Source: Chloroflexota bacterium (lineage in GTDB: Bacteria; Chloroflexota; Anaerolineae; Anaerolineales; VGOW01). Taken from it: a stretch of DNA of 64,000 nucleotides. A program made the position numbers and the translations under genes. The stretch covers positions 6,221-70,220 of the forward strand of contig JACRBQ010000098.1 in NCBI GenBank assembly GCA_016213135.1, in the 5' to 3' direction. The notes beneath the pieces are model-generated. The model searched no databases. It had not been told where the DNA came from and worked only from the letters and a program-made list of their open reading frames with translations. This document shows, in pieces, positions 28,680 through 36,796 of this stretch. Position 1 is the first letter of the stretch. Every line of letters starts with the position of its first letter.

Positions 28680-28840
28680 TTGACCGATTTCCGCCCCTGT
28701 GGTAACCTGTGCCCCACCATGTGGCCGGCTATTGCATTCCCGCATCATCATTTTCCCCAAGTCTTTCCCGACCGGAGAACTGGTTAGTTACACCTACCTG
28801 CATCCCAGCCCTCCCGGTCTCCGGCGAGGGCTTTTTTATT
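28680..28840 (+). promoter_or_regulatory. candidate his leader/attenuator (promoter-like hexamers, 22-codon ORF with HHH, terminator)
   Basis: TTGACC (28680-28685), 17 nt, TAACCT (28703-28708). ATG 28719...TAG 28787 encodes MWPAIAFPHHHFPQVFPDRRTG, with CAT CAT CAT at 28743-28751. A terminator follows at 28809-28840. No SD precedes the ATG. Confidence 0.3.
28809..28840 (+). terminator. rho-independent terminator (+ strand) with no annotated + strand gene upstream
   Basis: GCCCTCCCGG-TCT-CCGGCGAGGGC followed by TTTTTTATT. Confidence 0.65.
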
Positions 28841-28876
28841 GGTCGCGGGTCGCTGGTTGTTGGCCGCTGGCCACCG
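28841..28876. repeat. left arm of a split palindrome (GGTCGCT/GGTTGTT heptamers) flanking the four-helix-bundle gene
   Basis: GGTCGCG GGTCGCT GGTTGTT GGCCGCT GGCCACC. GGTCGCTGGTTGTTGG (28849-28864) pairs with CCAACAACCAACGACC (29277-29292), 15 of 16 positions. Confidence 0.75.
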
Positions 28877-28885
28877 GAGAATGCC

Positions 28886-29266
28886 ATGGACAAAATCAAG
28901 AGCTATCGAGACCTGCAGGTCTGGCAAAAGGCCGTTGAATTGTCAGTCGCTGTGTATCGCATCACTGACAACTTCCCAAAGTCCGAAGTCTATGGTTTGA
29001 GCAACCAAATGCGGCGGGCGGCGGTTTCAATCGCCTCCAACATTGCCGAAGGTCATCGCCGTTCGAATACAGAATTTGCCCGATACCTGATGATGGCGCT
29101 TGGCTCGCTGGCTGAACTGGAAACTCAACTCGAAATCGCCCACCGTGTGAACTATCTTGCCGAAGACACTTTCAACGAACTGATGCAGGATGCCGATATT
29201 CTGGGCCGCCAACTCAACACCCTCCATCAGCGCGTAGTCACCTCCAATCGATCCGCCGGCAACTAG
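28886..29266 (+). CDS. four-helix-bundle protein (23S rRNA intervening-sequence protein / Avd-like family)
   Basis: MDKIKSYRDLQVWQKAVELSVAVYRITDNFPKSEVYGLSNQMRRAAVSIASNIAEGHRR...SLAELETQLEIA is typical of this family. About 48% GC in a sampled stretch. The 185-aa ORF was trimmed to Met60. Confidence 0.85.
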   Translation: MDKIKSYRDLQVWQKAVELSVAVYRITDNFPKSEVYGLSNQMRRAAVSIASNIAEGHRRSNTEFARYLMMALGSLAELETQLEIAHRVNYLAEDTFNELMQDADILGRQLNTLHQRVVTSNRSAGN

Positions 29267-29292
29267 CTACTAACCACCAACAACCAACGACC
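29254..29292. repeat. right arm of the split palindrome (AACCACC/AACAACC heptamers), ending at the hisG ATG
   Basis: ...CTACTAACCACCAACAACCAACGACC-ATG(hisG). Reverse complement of the left arm core. Confidence 0.75.
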
Positions 29293-30300
29293 ATGATCCG
29301 CACCGACATCCGTCTCGCCCTCCCCTCCAAAGGCCGCCTCGAAGCCGACTCGCTCGACTTCCTCGCCGCCTGTGGCTTGCGAATCTACAAGCCCAACCCG
29401 CGCCAGTATCAGGCCACCATCCCTGCCATCCCCGGCCTCGCCGTCCTCTTTCAGCGCCCCGCCGATATTGTCGTCGGCGTGCGCACCGGCAGCATCGACT
29501 TCGGCCTCGCCGGATTGGACGTGGTGGAAGAGAAACGCGGCGACGACGGCGACGTATTGATCTTGCACGATGCCCTCGGATTCGGCGCGTGCTGCCTCAC
29601 CCTGGCCGTTCCCGAAGACTGGAGCGCCACCGATCTACAAGGCGCGCGCCGCCACATTCAAACCGCCATCTCCCCCCGGCCCGTACGCGTCGCCACAAAA
29701 TACCCCACGCTCACCGCCCGCTACCTCGCCGACCACGGCCTTGCCCCATTTGAACTCATCGACGCCGAAGGCACGCTCGAAGTGGCCCCCGCCATCGGCT
29801 ACGCCGACCTCATCTCAGACCTCGTCTCCTCCGGCCAGACCTTGCGCGACAACCGCCTCGCGCCTCTTGCCGACGGAGTGGTACTGCAATCACAAGCCTG
29901 CCTCATCGCCAATCGCGCCGCGCTCAAGGCTCGCCCCGAAGCCCTCTCCATCGCCCGCGAGTTGCTCGAATTCATGGAAGCTCACCTCCGCGCCGAACAC
30001 TACTTCATGGTCACCGCCAACATGCGCGGCGACTCGCCCGAAAGCATCGCCCACCTCATGTTCACCCAGACCGAATTGGGCGGCTTGCAAGGCCCCACGA
30101 TCTCGCCCGTCGTGCCGCGCGCGCCCGGCGACACGCGCTGGTTTGCCGTCAACATCGTCGTGCGCAAAGACCACATCTCCAGCGCCGTCACCCAACTGCG
30201 TTCCATCGGCGGCAGCGGCGTCATCGTCTCGCCCGTCACCTACATTTTTGAAGAAGAGCCGCAGCGATACAAAGCCATGCTGGATGCCCTGTCATGCTAA
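29293..30300 (+). CDS. hisG: ATP phosphoribosyltransferase, long form with C-terminal regulatory domain
   Basis: MIRTDIRLALPSKGRL..., DLVSSGQTLRDN, and a C-terminal HisG_C-like region (FMVTANM...). 335 aa. Confidence 0.9.
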   Translation: MIRTDIRLALPSKGRLEADSLDFLAACGLRIYKPNPRQYQATIPAIPGLAVLFQRPADIVVGVRTGSIDFGLAGLDVVEEKRGDDGDVLILHDALGFGACCLTLAVPEDWSATDLQGARRHIQTAISPRPVRVATKYPTLTARYLADHGLAPFELIDAEGTLEVAPAIGYADLISDLVSSGQTLRDNRLAPLADGVVLQSQACLIANRAALKARPEALSIARELLEFMEAHLRAEHYFMVTANMRGDSPESIAHLMFTQTELGGLQGPTISPVVPRAPGDTRWFAVNIVVRKDHISSAVTQLRSIGGSGVIVSPVTYIFEEEPQRYKAMLDALSC

Positions 30301-31589
30301 GTATCACCACCGATCCATCCCTCCTTCGGCGTCATCCCCTCACCGGCGAAGACGCGCCGCCGGCCCTCCTCGCCGGCCTCGCCCGCCTTTTCGGTGGTCC
30401 CATCACGCCCGATGCCGCCGTGGGACGCATCCTCGCCGACGTCCGCGCCCGTGGCGATGCCGCCCTCCTCGACTGGACCCAACGCCTCGACGGCGTCGCC
30501 CTCTCTTCCCTATCGGTTCCATCCGTTTCATCCGTTGCTCCCCAACTGGCAGTTGATCTGCAATTCGCCGCCGACCGCATCCAGGCCTTTCACGCGCAAC
30601 AACCCATCCCCTCGTGGCAAACGCCCGATGGCACATTGGGCCAACGCTTCACCCCGTTGAAGCGTGTGGGCATTTACGTGCCCGGCGGCTCGGCCCCGTT
30701 GCCCTCGTCGCTGCTCATGTCGGCCATCCCGGCCCGCGTGGCGGGCGTGCAAGAGATCATCGTGTGCACACCTCCCGGCAAACCCGATGGCGATGTGCCG
30801 CCCGTCATCCTCGCCGCCGCGCACATCTGCGGCATCGAGCGCGTCTATCGCCTCGGCGGGGCGCAGGCCATTGCCGCCCTGGCCTTCGGCAGCGAATCGA
30901 TTCCGCGCGTGGATAAGATCGTCGGCCCCGGCAACCTGTTCGTCACCCTCGCCAAGCGGCAAGTGTTCGGCCTCGTGGGCCTCGACGGCTTGGCCGGGCC
31001 AACCGAAACCGTGGTTGTGGCCGATGCCTCCGCCAACCCCGCCTGGGTCGCCGCCGATCTCTTGGCCCAGGCCGAACACGATCCCCTCGCCAGCGCCATC
31101 CTGCTCACGCCCTCGCGCCCGCTGGCCGAAGCCGTGCAAGCGCAAGTGGCTCGCCAGCTCGAATCCCTCTCCCGCGCCGACATCATCGCCCAATCGTTTG
31201 CCCACCGTGGCGGTATCTTGCTCACGCCCGACCTGGCTACCGCTATTCGCCTCGCGGATGAATATGCCCCCGAGCATCTCTGCCTCTCCGTAGAGAATCC
31301 GTCGGAGTGGGTGGGGCGCATTTCCAGCGCGGGCGGCCTGTTCATCGGGGAACATTCGTTTGAAGTGCTGGGCGACTACGTTGCCGGACCCAGCCACGTG
31401 ATGCCCACCGGCGGCACGGCTCGCTTCACCTCGCCGCTCAACGTGCTGGATTTTGTCCGCCTCACCAACATCATCGCCCTTGACGCTCCCACCGCCGCCG
31501 CCCTCGGCCCCGTGGCCGCCCGTCTCGCCCAAGCCGAGTCGCTCACCGCTCATGCCAACGCCGCGTCGCTCAGGAGTCAGGAGAGATGA
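30294..31589 (+). CDS. hisD: histidinol dehydrogenase
   Basis: ...YVPGGSAPLPSSLLM..., ...LAQAEHDP..., ...GDYVAGPSHVMPTGGTARF. Overlaps hisG by 7 nt. Confidence 0.93.
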   Translation: MLSITTDPSLLRRHPLTGEDAPPALLAGLARLFGGPITPDAAVGRILADVRARGDAALLDWTQRLDGVALSSLSVPSVSSVAPQLAVDLQFAADRIQAFHAQQPIPSWQTPDGTLGQRFTPLKRVGIYVPGGSAPLPSSLLMSAIPARVAGVQEIIVCTPPGKPDGDVPPVILAAAHICGIERVYRLGGAQAIAALAFGSESIPRVDKIVGPGNLFVTLAKRQVFGLVGLDGLAGPTETVVVADASANPAWVAADLLAQAEHDPLASAILLTPSRPLAEAVQAQVARQLESLSRADIIAQSFAHRGGILLTPDLATAIRLADEYAPEHLCLSVENPSEWVGRISSAGGLFIGEHSFEVLGDYVAGPSHVMPTGGTARFTSPLNVLDFVRLTNIIALDAPTAAALGPVAARLAQAESLTAHANAASLRSQER

Positions 31590-32674
31590 ACATTCAACCC
31601 CTCATCCGTCCCGAACTGCTCACGATGGAGCCGTACACGCCCATTGTGCCTTTCGACGTGCTTTCCGCCCGGTTGGGCCGCGCCCCCGCCGACATTATCA
31701 AACTCGACGCCAACGAGAACCCTTACGGCCCCTCGCCCAGAGCACGCGCCGCCCTTGCCTCGCTGCCGTTCCCGCACATTTACCCCGATCCCGAAAGCAC
31801 CGCGCTCCGCGCCGCGCTCGCCCGCGACCTCGGCCTGCCCGCGCAAAACATCCTCGCCGGTTCCGGCGCGGACGAACTGATCGACCTCATCCTGCGCCTC
31901 TTCATTTCTCCCGGCGATGCTGTGATTGATTGCCCGCCCACCTTTGGCATGTACTCCTTCGACACCGCCGTCAACGCCGGGCAACTCCTCACCGTCCCCC
32001 GCCGCGCCGACTTTTCCGTTGACGTGGCCGCCATCGAAAACCTCATTACTCATCACTCAAAACTCAAAACGCTGTTTCTTGCCTCGCCCAACAACCCCGA
32101 TGGCGGCCTGCTCGCCGACGCCGACCTGCGCCGCCTGCTCGACCTGCCGTTGGCGGTGGTGCTGGACGAAGCCTACATCGAATTCTCCGGCATGCCCGGC
32201 CACGCCGCGTGGGTTACGGAGCGCGACAACCTTATTGTCCTGCGCACCTTCAGCAAGCGCGCCGGGTTGGCCGGGCTGCGGGTGGGCTACGGCATATTCC
32301 CTTCCGCGCTCATGCCGCACCTGTGGAAGATCAAACAACCGTACAACGTTTCCGTGGCTGCCACCGCCGCCGCGCTCGCCTCGCTGGACGATCCGGGTTA
32401 CATGGGGCAGGTGGTGGCCGCGCTGGTGGCCGAGCGCAACCGCATGGCCGAGGCGCTGAGTGAGGTGCCGTTTGTGCGCGTCTATCCTTCGCACGCCAAC
32501 TTCGTCCTGTGTCGCATCGTAGGCCGCGACGCAAAGGAACTCAAATTCGAACTCGAACAGCGAGGCATTCTCGTGCGCTACTTCAACAAGCCCGGCCTCA
32601 CCGATTGCATTCGCATTTCGGCCGGCAAGCCGGAGCAGACCGATACCCTGGTGCAAGCGCTGAAGTCCGTGTAA
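31586..32674 (+). CDS. hisC: histidinol-phosphate aminotransferase
   Basis: IKLDANENPYGPSP, TFSKRAGLAGLRVGY (PLP lysine). ATGA overlap with hisD. Confidence 0.93.
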   Translation: MNIQPLIRPELLTMEPYTPIVPFDVLSARLGRAPADIIKLDANENPYGPSPRARAALASLPFPHIYPDPESTALRAALARDLGLPAQNILAGSGADELIDLILRLFISPGDAVIDCPPTFGMYSFDTAVNAGQLLTVPRRADFSVDVAAIENLITHHSKLKTLFLASPNNPDGGLLADADLRRLLDLPLAVVLDEAYIEFSGMPGHAAWVTERDNLIVLRTFSKRAGLAGLRVGYGIFPSALMPHLWKIKQPYNVSVAATAAALASLDDPGYMGQVVAALVAERNRMAEALSEVPFVRVYPSHANFVLCRIVGRDAKELKFELEQRGILVRYFNKPGLTDCIRISAGKPEQTDTLVQALKSV

Positions 32675-32676
32675 TT

Positions 32677-32742
32677 TCTGATTGTTGATTGCTGATTCTT
32701 GATTGAGTTCAAATCAGCAATCAGCAATCAGCAATCAACAAT
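32677..32742. repeat. junction palindrome, ATTGCTG/CAGCAAT units
   Basis: TCTGATTGTTGATTGCTGATTCTTGATTGAG-TTC-AAATCAGCAATCAGCAATCAGCAATCAACAAT. The right arm runs into the hisB ATG. Confidence 0.85.
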
Positions 32743-33328
32743 GAGAATATCAACCATCCACCGCCACACCAATGAGACCGACATCACGCTCACGCTGTCG
32801 CTCGACGGCTCGGGCAAGCACGACATTCAGACGGGCGTGGGCTTCCTCGATCATTTGCTGACGCACATTGCCGTGCACGGGCTGTTCGATCTCACCGTGC
32901 AGGCCGTGGGTGACCTGCACGTTGATACGCACCACACCATCGAGGACACGGCGCTGGCGCTGGGGCAGGCGTTCGATGAGGCTCTCGGCGACCGCAGCGG
33001 CATTGTGCGTATGGGGTCGGCCTACGTGCCGATGGACGAGTCGCTGGCGTTTGTGGCGGTGGACTTTTCGGGGCGGCCGTGCGCGGTGACGCAGGGGCAA
33101 TGGCACGGGCCGGTGATCGGGCAAGTGCCAACGACCCTGATTCCGCACTTCATCGAATCGTTCGCCGCGACTGCCCGGGCCAACGTTCACGCCAATGTGC
33201 TGTATGGCCGCGACGATCACCATCAGGCCGAAGCGTTGTTCAAAGCCCTGGGCCGCACGCTCGATGCGGCGACGATGATTGACCCTCGCCGGGCGGGAAA
33301 CGTGCCTTCGACAAAGGGGAGCCTGTGA
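32741..33328 (+). CDS. hisB: imidazoleglycerol-phosphate dehydratase (monofunctional, no phosphatase domain)
   Basis: [16 protein letters not shown]...GFLDHLL...HHTIED...[12 protein letters not shown]. 195 aa from Met15 of the ORF. Confidence 0.93.
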   Translation: MRISTIHRHTNETDITLTLSLDGSGKHDIQTGVGFLDHLLTHIAVHGLFDLTVQAVGDLHVDTHHTIEDTALALGQAFDEALGDRSGIVRMGSAYVPMDESLAFVAVDFSGRPCAVTQGQWHGPVIGQVPTTLIPHFIESFAATARANVHANVLYGRDDHHQAEALFKALGRTLDAATMIDPRRAGNVPSTKGSL

Positions 33329-33384
33329 AGTGAAACGTGAAACGTGATTCGTCACGTATCACGCATTACGTGTTACGCATCACG
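33325..33384. repeat. junction palindrome, GTGAAAC/TCACG units
   Basis: GTGAAGTGAAACGTGAAACGTGA-TTC-GTCACGTATCACGCATTACGTGTTACGCATCACG (imperfect). Confidence 0.8.
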
Positions 33385-33391
33385 ACTAATT

Positions 33392-33994
33392 ATGATCGCT
33401 CTCATTGATTACGGCATTGGCAACTTACGCTCGGTGCAAAAGGCGCTCGAGCACGTGGGGGCCACGGTGACGCTTACCGAAGACGCCGATACGATTCTCG
33501 CCGCCGATAAAGTGGTGCTGCCCGGCGTGGGCGCGTTCGGCGACGGGATGAAGGGGCTGCGGGCGCGCGGCCTCGACGGTGTGGTGCGCGAGGTAGTCCG
33601 GCGCGGCGCGCCGCTGCTCGGCATTTGCGTGGGGATGCAAGTGCTGTTTGAAGCGTCCGACGAACTGGGCTTGCACGTGGGGTTGGGCCTCCTGCCGGGC
33701 CGGGTGGTGCGATTTGCCCCCCGGCAGTTGAAGGTGCCCCATACCGGATGGAATGAGATCGCCACGCGGCAATCGAGCAACCTTTTCCGCGATCTCCCCG
33801 CCGGATCGTTTGCCTATTTCAATCACTCGTATTATTGCGCCGCCGCGCCGGAGCTTACGCTGGCCGCCACCGATTACGGCGGGCCGTTTGCCTCGGTGGT
33901 GGGGCGCGGGCGGCTGTACGGCATTCAGTTCCATCCCGAAAAGTCGCAGGCCGTGGGGCTGACGCTGTTGCGAAATTTTGTGGAGCAGGGATGA
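33392..33994 (+). CDS. hisH: imidazole glycerol phosphate synthase, glutamine amidotransferase subunit
   Basis: MIALIDYGIGNLRSV..., GICVGMQ (catalytic Cys), QFHPEKS. Confidence 0.93.
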   Translation: MIALIDYGIGNLRSVQKALEHVGATVTLTEDADTILAADKVVLPGVGAFGDGMKGLRARGLDGVVREVVRRGAPLLGICVGMQVLFEASDELGLHVGLGLLPGRVVRFAPRQLKVPHTGWNEIATRQSSNLFRDLPAGSFAYFNHSYYCAAAPELTLAATDYGGPFASVVGRGRLYGIQFHPEKSQAVGLTLLRNFVEQG

Positions 33995-34716
33995 GCGCGT
34001 TCACGATTTATCCGGCGATTGATTTGCGCGCCGGCCGCGTGGTGCGATTAGCGCAGGGCGACCCGGCGCGGCTAACGGTGTATGGCGAAGACCCGGCGGC
34101 CACAGCTCGTCGGTGGCGCGACGAGGGGGCCGCGTGGCTGCACGTGGTGAATCTCGACGGCGCGTTTGGCGAAACTGCCGATGCGAACAGACGCGCGCTG
34201 GAGGAGATTGTTTCGGTGGGATTGAACGTGCAGTTCGGCGGCGGCCTGCGCGACGGGGCCGCCCTTCGGCGCGTGATGCAGTTGGGTGTGGCCCGCGCCG
34301 TGATCGGCACTGCTGCAGTGGAAACGCCCGCGCTGGTGGATGAGGCGCTAGCCGAGTTTGGCGCGGAGCGCGTTGCGGTGGGCGTGGACGCGCGCGAGGG
34401 CCGCGTGCGGTTGCGCGGCTGGGCTGAGGAGTCGGCGGTGACGGCGCTCGACCTTGCGCGGCGATTGCGCGGGCAGGGGGTGACGCGAATCATTTTCACC
34501 GACGTGGCGCGCGACGGAATGGGCGCGGGGGTGAACGTGGCCGCCACCGCCGAACTGGCCGCCGCCTCCGGGCTGGCCGTGATCGCCAGTGGCGGCGTAG
34601 CCACTGCCGATGACGTTCGCCGCGTGCGCGAAGCCGCCCTCGACGGAGTGATCATCGGACGCGCCCTCTACGAAGGCCACATTGATCTCCACCTTCTTCT
34701 GACCTCCGACCTCTGA
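33991..34716 (+). CDS. hisA: ProFAR isomerase
   Basis: [20 protein letters not shown]..., ...IASGGV... ATGA overlap with hisH. Confidence 0.92.
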   Translation: MSAFTIYPAIDLRAGRVVRLAQGDPARLTVYGEDPAATARRWRDEGAAWLHVVNLDGAFGETADANRRALEEIVSVGLNVQFGGGLRDGAALRRVMQLGVARAVIGTAAVETPALVDEALAEFGAERVAVGVDAREGRVRLRGWAEESAVTALDLARRLRGQGVTRIIFTDVARDGMGAGVNVAATAELAAASGLAVIASGGVATADDVRRVREAALDGVIIGRALYEGHIDLHLLLTSDL

Positions 34717-34774
34717 CCTCTCACTTCCCTCTTCTCTCTTCTCACTTCCCTCTTCCCTTTTCTCTCTTCCTCCC
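34690..34774. repeat. 85-nt polypyrimidine tandem tract (CTCTTCC/CTGACCT units), one arm only
   Basis: CTGACCTCCGACCTCTGACCTCTCACTTCCCTCTTCTCTCTTCTCACTTCCCTCTTCCCTTTTCTCTCTTCCTCCC ends 1 nt before the hisF ATG. Its first part encodes the hisA C-terminus ...LLLTSDL. Confidence 0.85.
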
Positions 34775-34775
34775 T

Positions 34776-35639
34776 ATGCTTGCCAAACGCCTCATCCCCT
34801 GCCTCGATGTCAAAGATGGCCGCGTCGTCAAAGGCGTCCACTTCGTGAGCCTGCGCGACGCGGGCGACCCGGTGGAACAGGCGCACATTTACGACGCCGA
34901 GGGCGCGGACGAATTGGTGTTTCTAGACATCTCTGCCACGCCCGATGGTCGCGCCACTGTGGCTCCCATGGTGCGCCGTGTGGCCGACGATGTGTTTCTG
35001 CCGCTTACCGTGGGCGGCGGCATCCGCACCGTGGACGACATGCGCGCCATCCTGCTGGCCGGGGCCGACAAAGTGAGCATCAATTCGGCGGCGGTCAAAA
35101 CGCCCGAACTGATTTCCGCCGGCGCGGAACGGTTCGGCAGCCAGTGTGTGGTCGTCGCCATTGATGCGAAGCGAGTTGCAATGAACAATGAGACGATGAA
35201 CAATGAACAATGGGCCGACGGCCAGCCGCCAGCTACCAACAACCAGTCACAAGCCACCAATCCCCAGCCACCCACTACCAACCACCAGCCCCGCTGGGAA
35301 GTCTACGTTTCCGGCGGTCGCACGCCCACCGGATTGGACGCGCTCGAATGGGCGGCGCGGGTGGTGGAGCTGGGCGCGGGCGAAATTTTGCTCACCAGCA
35401 TTGACGCCGACGGGACAAAAAACGGGTATGATTTGGCACTCACGCGTGCCGTGGCCGAGATCGTTCCGGTGCCGGTGATTGCCAGCGGGGGGGCGGGGTC
35501 ACTGGCGCATTTTGCGGAAGTGCTCACCGAGGGCCGCGCCGACGCCGCGCTGGCCGCCTCGCTCTTTCACGACAAGCTGCTGTCCATTGGCGAGGTGAAA
35601 TCCTATCTGGCAGCGCAGGGAGTTGTAGTGCGGCGATAG
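34776..35639 (+). CDS. hisF: imidazole glycerol phosphate synthase cyclase subunit, with a low-complexity insertion of about 35 aa
   Basis: [20 protein letters not shown]..., ...[10 protein letters not shown][[38 protein letters not shown]][10 protein letters not shown]..., [22 protein letters not shown]. Confidence 0.93.
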   Translation: MLAKRLIPCLDVKDGRVVKGVHFVSLRDAGDPVEQAHIYDAEGADELVFLDISATPDGRATVAPMVRRVADDVFLPLTVGGGIRTVDDMRAILLAGADKVSINSAAVKTPELISAGAERFGSQCVVVAIDAKRVAMNNETMNNEQWADGQPPATNNQSQATNPQPPTTNHQPRWEVYVSGGRTPTGLDALEWAARVVELGAGEILLTSIDADGTKNGYDLALTRAVAEIVPVPVIASGGAGSLAHFAEVLTEGRADAALAASLFHDKLLSIGEVKSYLAAQGVVVRR

Positions 35640-35682
35640 GCTCGCTAGAGCCGATTCCCAATTAATTGATGGCGCGAGGTTG

Positions 35683-35744
35683 GGGCGAAGCATTCGCCGC
35701 GCGGATTCTTGTGGCTTTGGGTGCCGGAGGCGAATGCTTCGCCC
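35683..35744. repeat. perfect 16-bp inverted repeat in the hisF-hisI spacer
   Basis: GGGCGAAGCATTCGCC (35683-35698) against GGCGAATGCTTCGCCC (35729-35744). Each arm is itself self-complementary (GGCGAA..TTCGCC). Confidence 0.85.
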
Positions 35745-35852
35745 GTACATCGAAGAGAAATCTGCTGTAGGCGGACACGAAGTCACGAAGTCACGGAGCC
35801 ACTAAGTTTTCTTTGTGGCTTTGGGCCGTCGTGCCTTGGTGGCACAAAGGAA

Positions 35853-36161
35853 ATGGAATACAAATTTGACGATCGCGGATTGCTCACCGCCGTGGTGCAG
35901 GATGCCGCCGGCGGCGAGGTGCTGATGGTGGCGTGGATGAACGCCGAGGCGCTGCGGCTCACGCGCGAGAGCGGCGAGGCGTGGTTCTTCAGCCGCAGCC
36001 GTAACGAGTTGTGGCACAAAGGAGCCACCAGCGGCAACGTGATGCGCGTGCGCGAACTGTGGGCCGACTGCGACGCCGATACCGTGCTGCTCAAAGTAGA
36101 CGCCGTCGGCCCGGCCTGCCACACCGGCGCGCGATCGTGCTTTTATAGAAAGGTAGAATGA
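35853..36161 (+). CDS. hisI: phosphoribosyl-AMP cyclohydrolase (monofunctional)
   Basis: [26 protein letters not shown]...[19 protein letters not shown]...[11 protein letters not shown]...[16 protein letters not shown]. Confidence 0.92.
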   Translation: MEYKFDDRGLLTAVVQDAAGGEVLMVAWMNAEALRLTRESGEAWFFSRSRNELWHKGATSGNVMRVRELWADCDADTVLLKVDAVGPACHTGARSCFYRKVE

Positions 36162-36796
36162 TGCTCAAACCCGTCAACTGGCGCACCTTCCCGCGCGACT
36201 TCGCCGTCATCCAAATCGGCTTCGCCCTGTTCGGCGCGTCCATTGCTTTCCTCATCCGTTCGGGCCTCGGCACCAGCCCGTGGGTGGTGTTCGAAGTGGC
36301 CCTGCTCAAATACATCCCCATCACGCCGGGGCAGGCGGGCATACTGGTCGGGTTCGTCGTGTTGCTCATCGCGCTGCTGCTGCGCGAGCCGGTGGGCTGG
36401 GGCACGCTGGTCAACATCATCTTCATCGGTCTGTGGGAGGACTTCTTTCTGCGCTTCATCCATCCCGCGCGCGGCCTGCCGCTGCAAGCGCTGTTCCTCG
36501 CCCTCGGCGTTGCCGTCATGGGCGTGGCCACCGCCGTTTACATCGGCGTCAACGCCGGGGCCGGCCCGCGCGACAGCCTCATGCTGGCCGTTGCGCGCAC
36601 CACGGGCCGCAGCGTGCGGCTGGCGCGCACCTTCATCGAGATCATCGTCGTCACCACCGGCTGGCTGCTCGGCGGGCCTATCGGCATCGGCACGCTGCTC
36701 TTCGCCCTCAGCATCGGCCCGGCAGTGCAAACCGCATTCCGCCTCTTCAAAGTCAAACCGCACGCGCCGGTGGTTGTGCCCGTGGGGGCCGATTGA
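36158..36796 (+). CDS. polytopic membrane protein (YczE/YitT-like), unknown function
   Basis: Five to six hydrophobic segments. ATGA overlap with hisI and TTGA overlap with proB. Family assignment is tentative. Confidence 0.6.
   Translation: MMLKPVNWRTFPRDFAVIQIGFALFGASIAFLIRSGLGTSPWVVFEVALLKYIPITPGQAGILVGFVVLLIALLLREPVGWGTLVNIIFIGLWEDFFLRFIHPARGLPLQALFLALGVAVMGVATAVYIGVNAGAGPRDSLMLAVARTTGRSVRLARTFIEIIVVTTGWLLGGPIGIGTLLFALSIGPAVQTAFRLFKVKPHAPVVVPVGAD

Noticed and set aside
28690-28712. CTGTGGTAACCTGTG upstream of hisG as a His T-box sequence.
   Set aside because: It is only a partial match to GGGUGGUACCGCG. No terminator overlaps it (the terminator is about 100 nt downstream), and no specifier or AGAGA elements were seen.
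28886-29266. Four-helix-bundle (Avd-like) gene as part of a diversity-generating retroelement.
   Set aside because: No reverse transcriptase ORF and no template/variable repeat pair are visible nearby. The neighbours are a dehydrogenase and hisG.
34690-34774. The CT-rich tract as a second arm of a hairpin terminator after hisA.
   Set aside because: No complementary purine-rich arm lies within the hisA-hisF region, so it is reported as a one-armed array instead.
36280-36792. 536-aa form of proB starting at 36280.
   Set aside because: The first 171 codons are an Arg/Gly/His-rich shadow frame over the membrane-protein gene. ProB homology begins at (TTG)KVVVKLGTS, position 36793.
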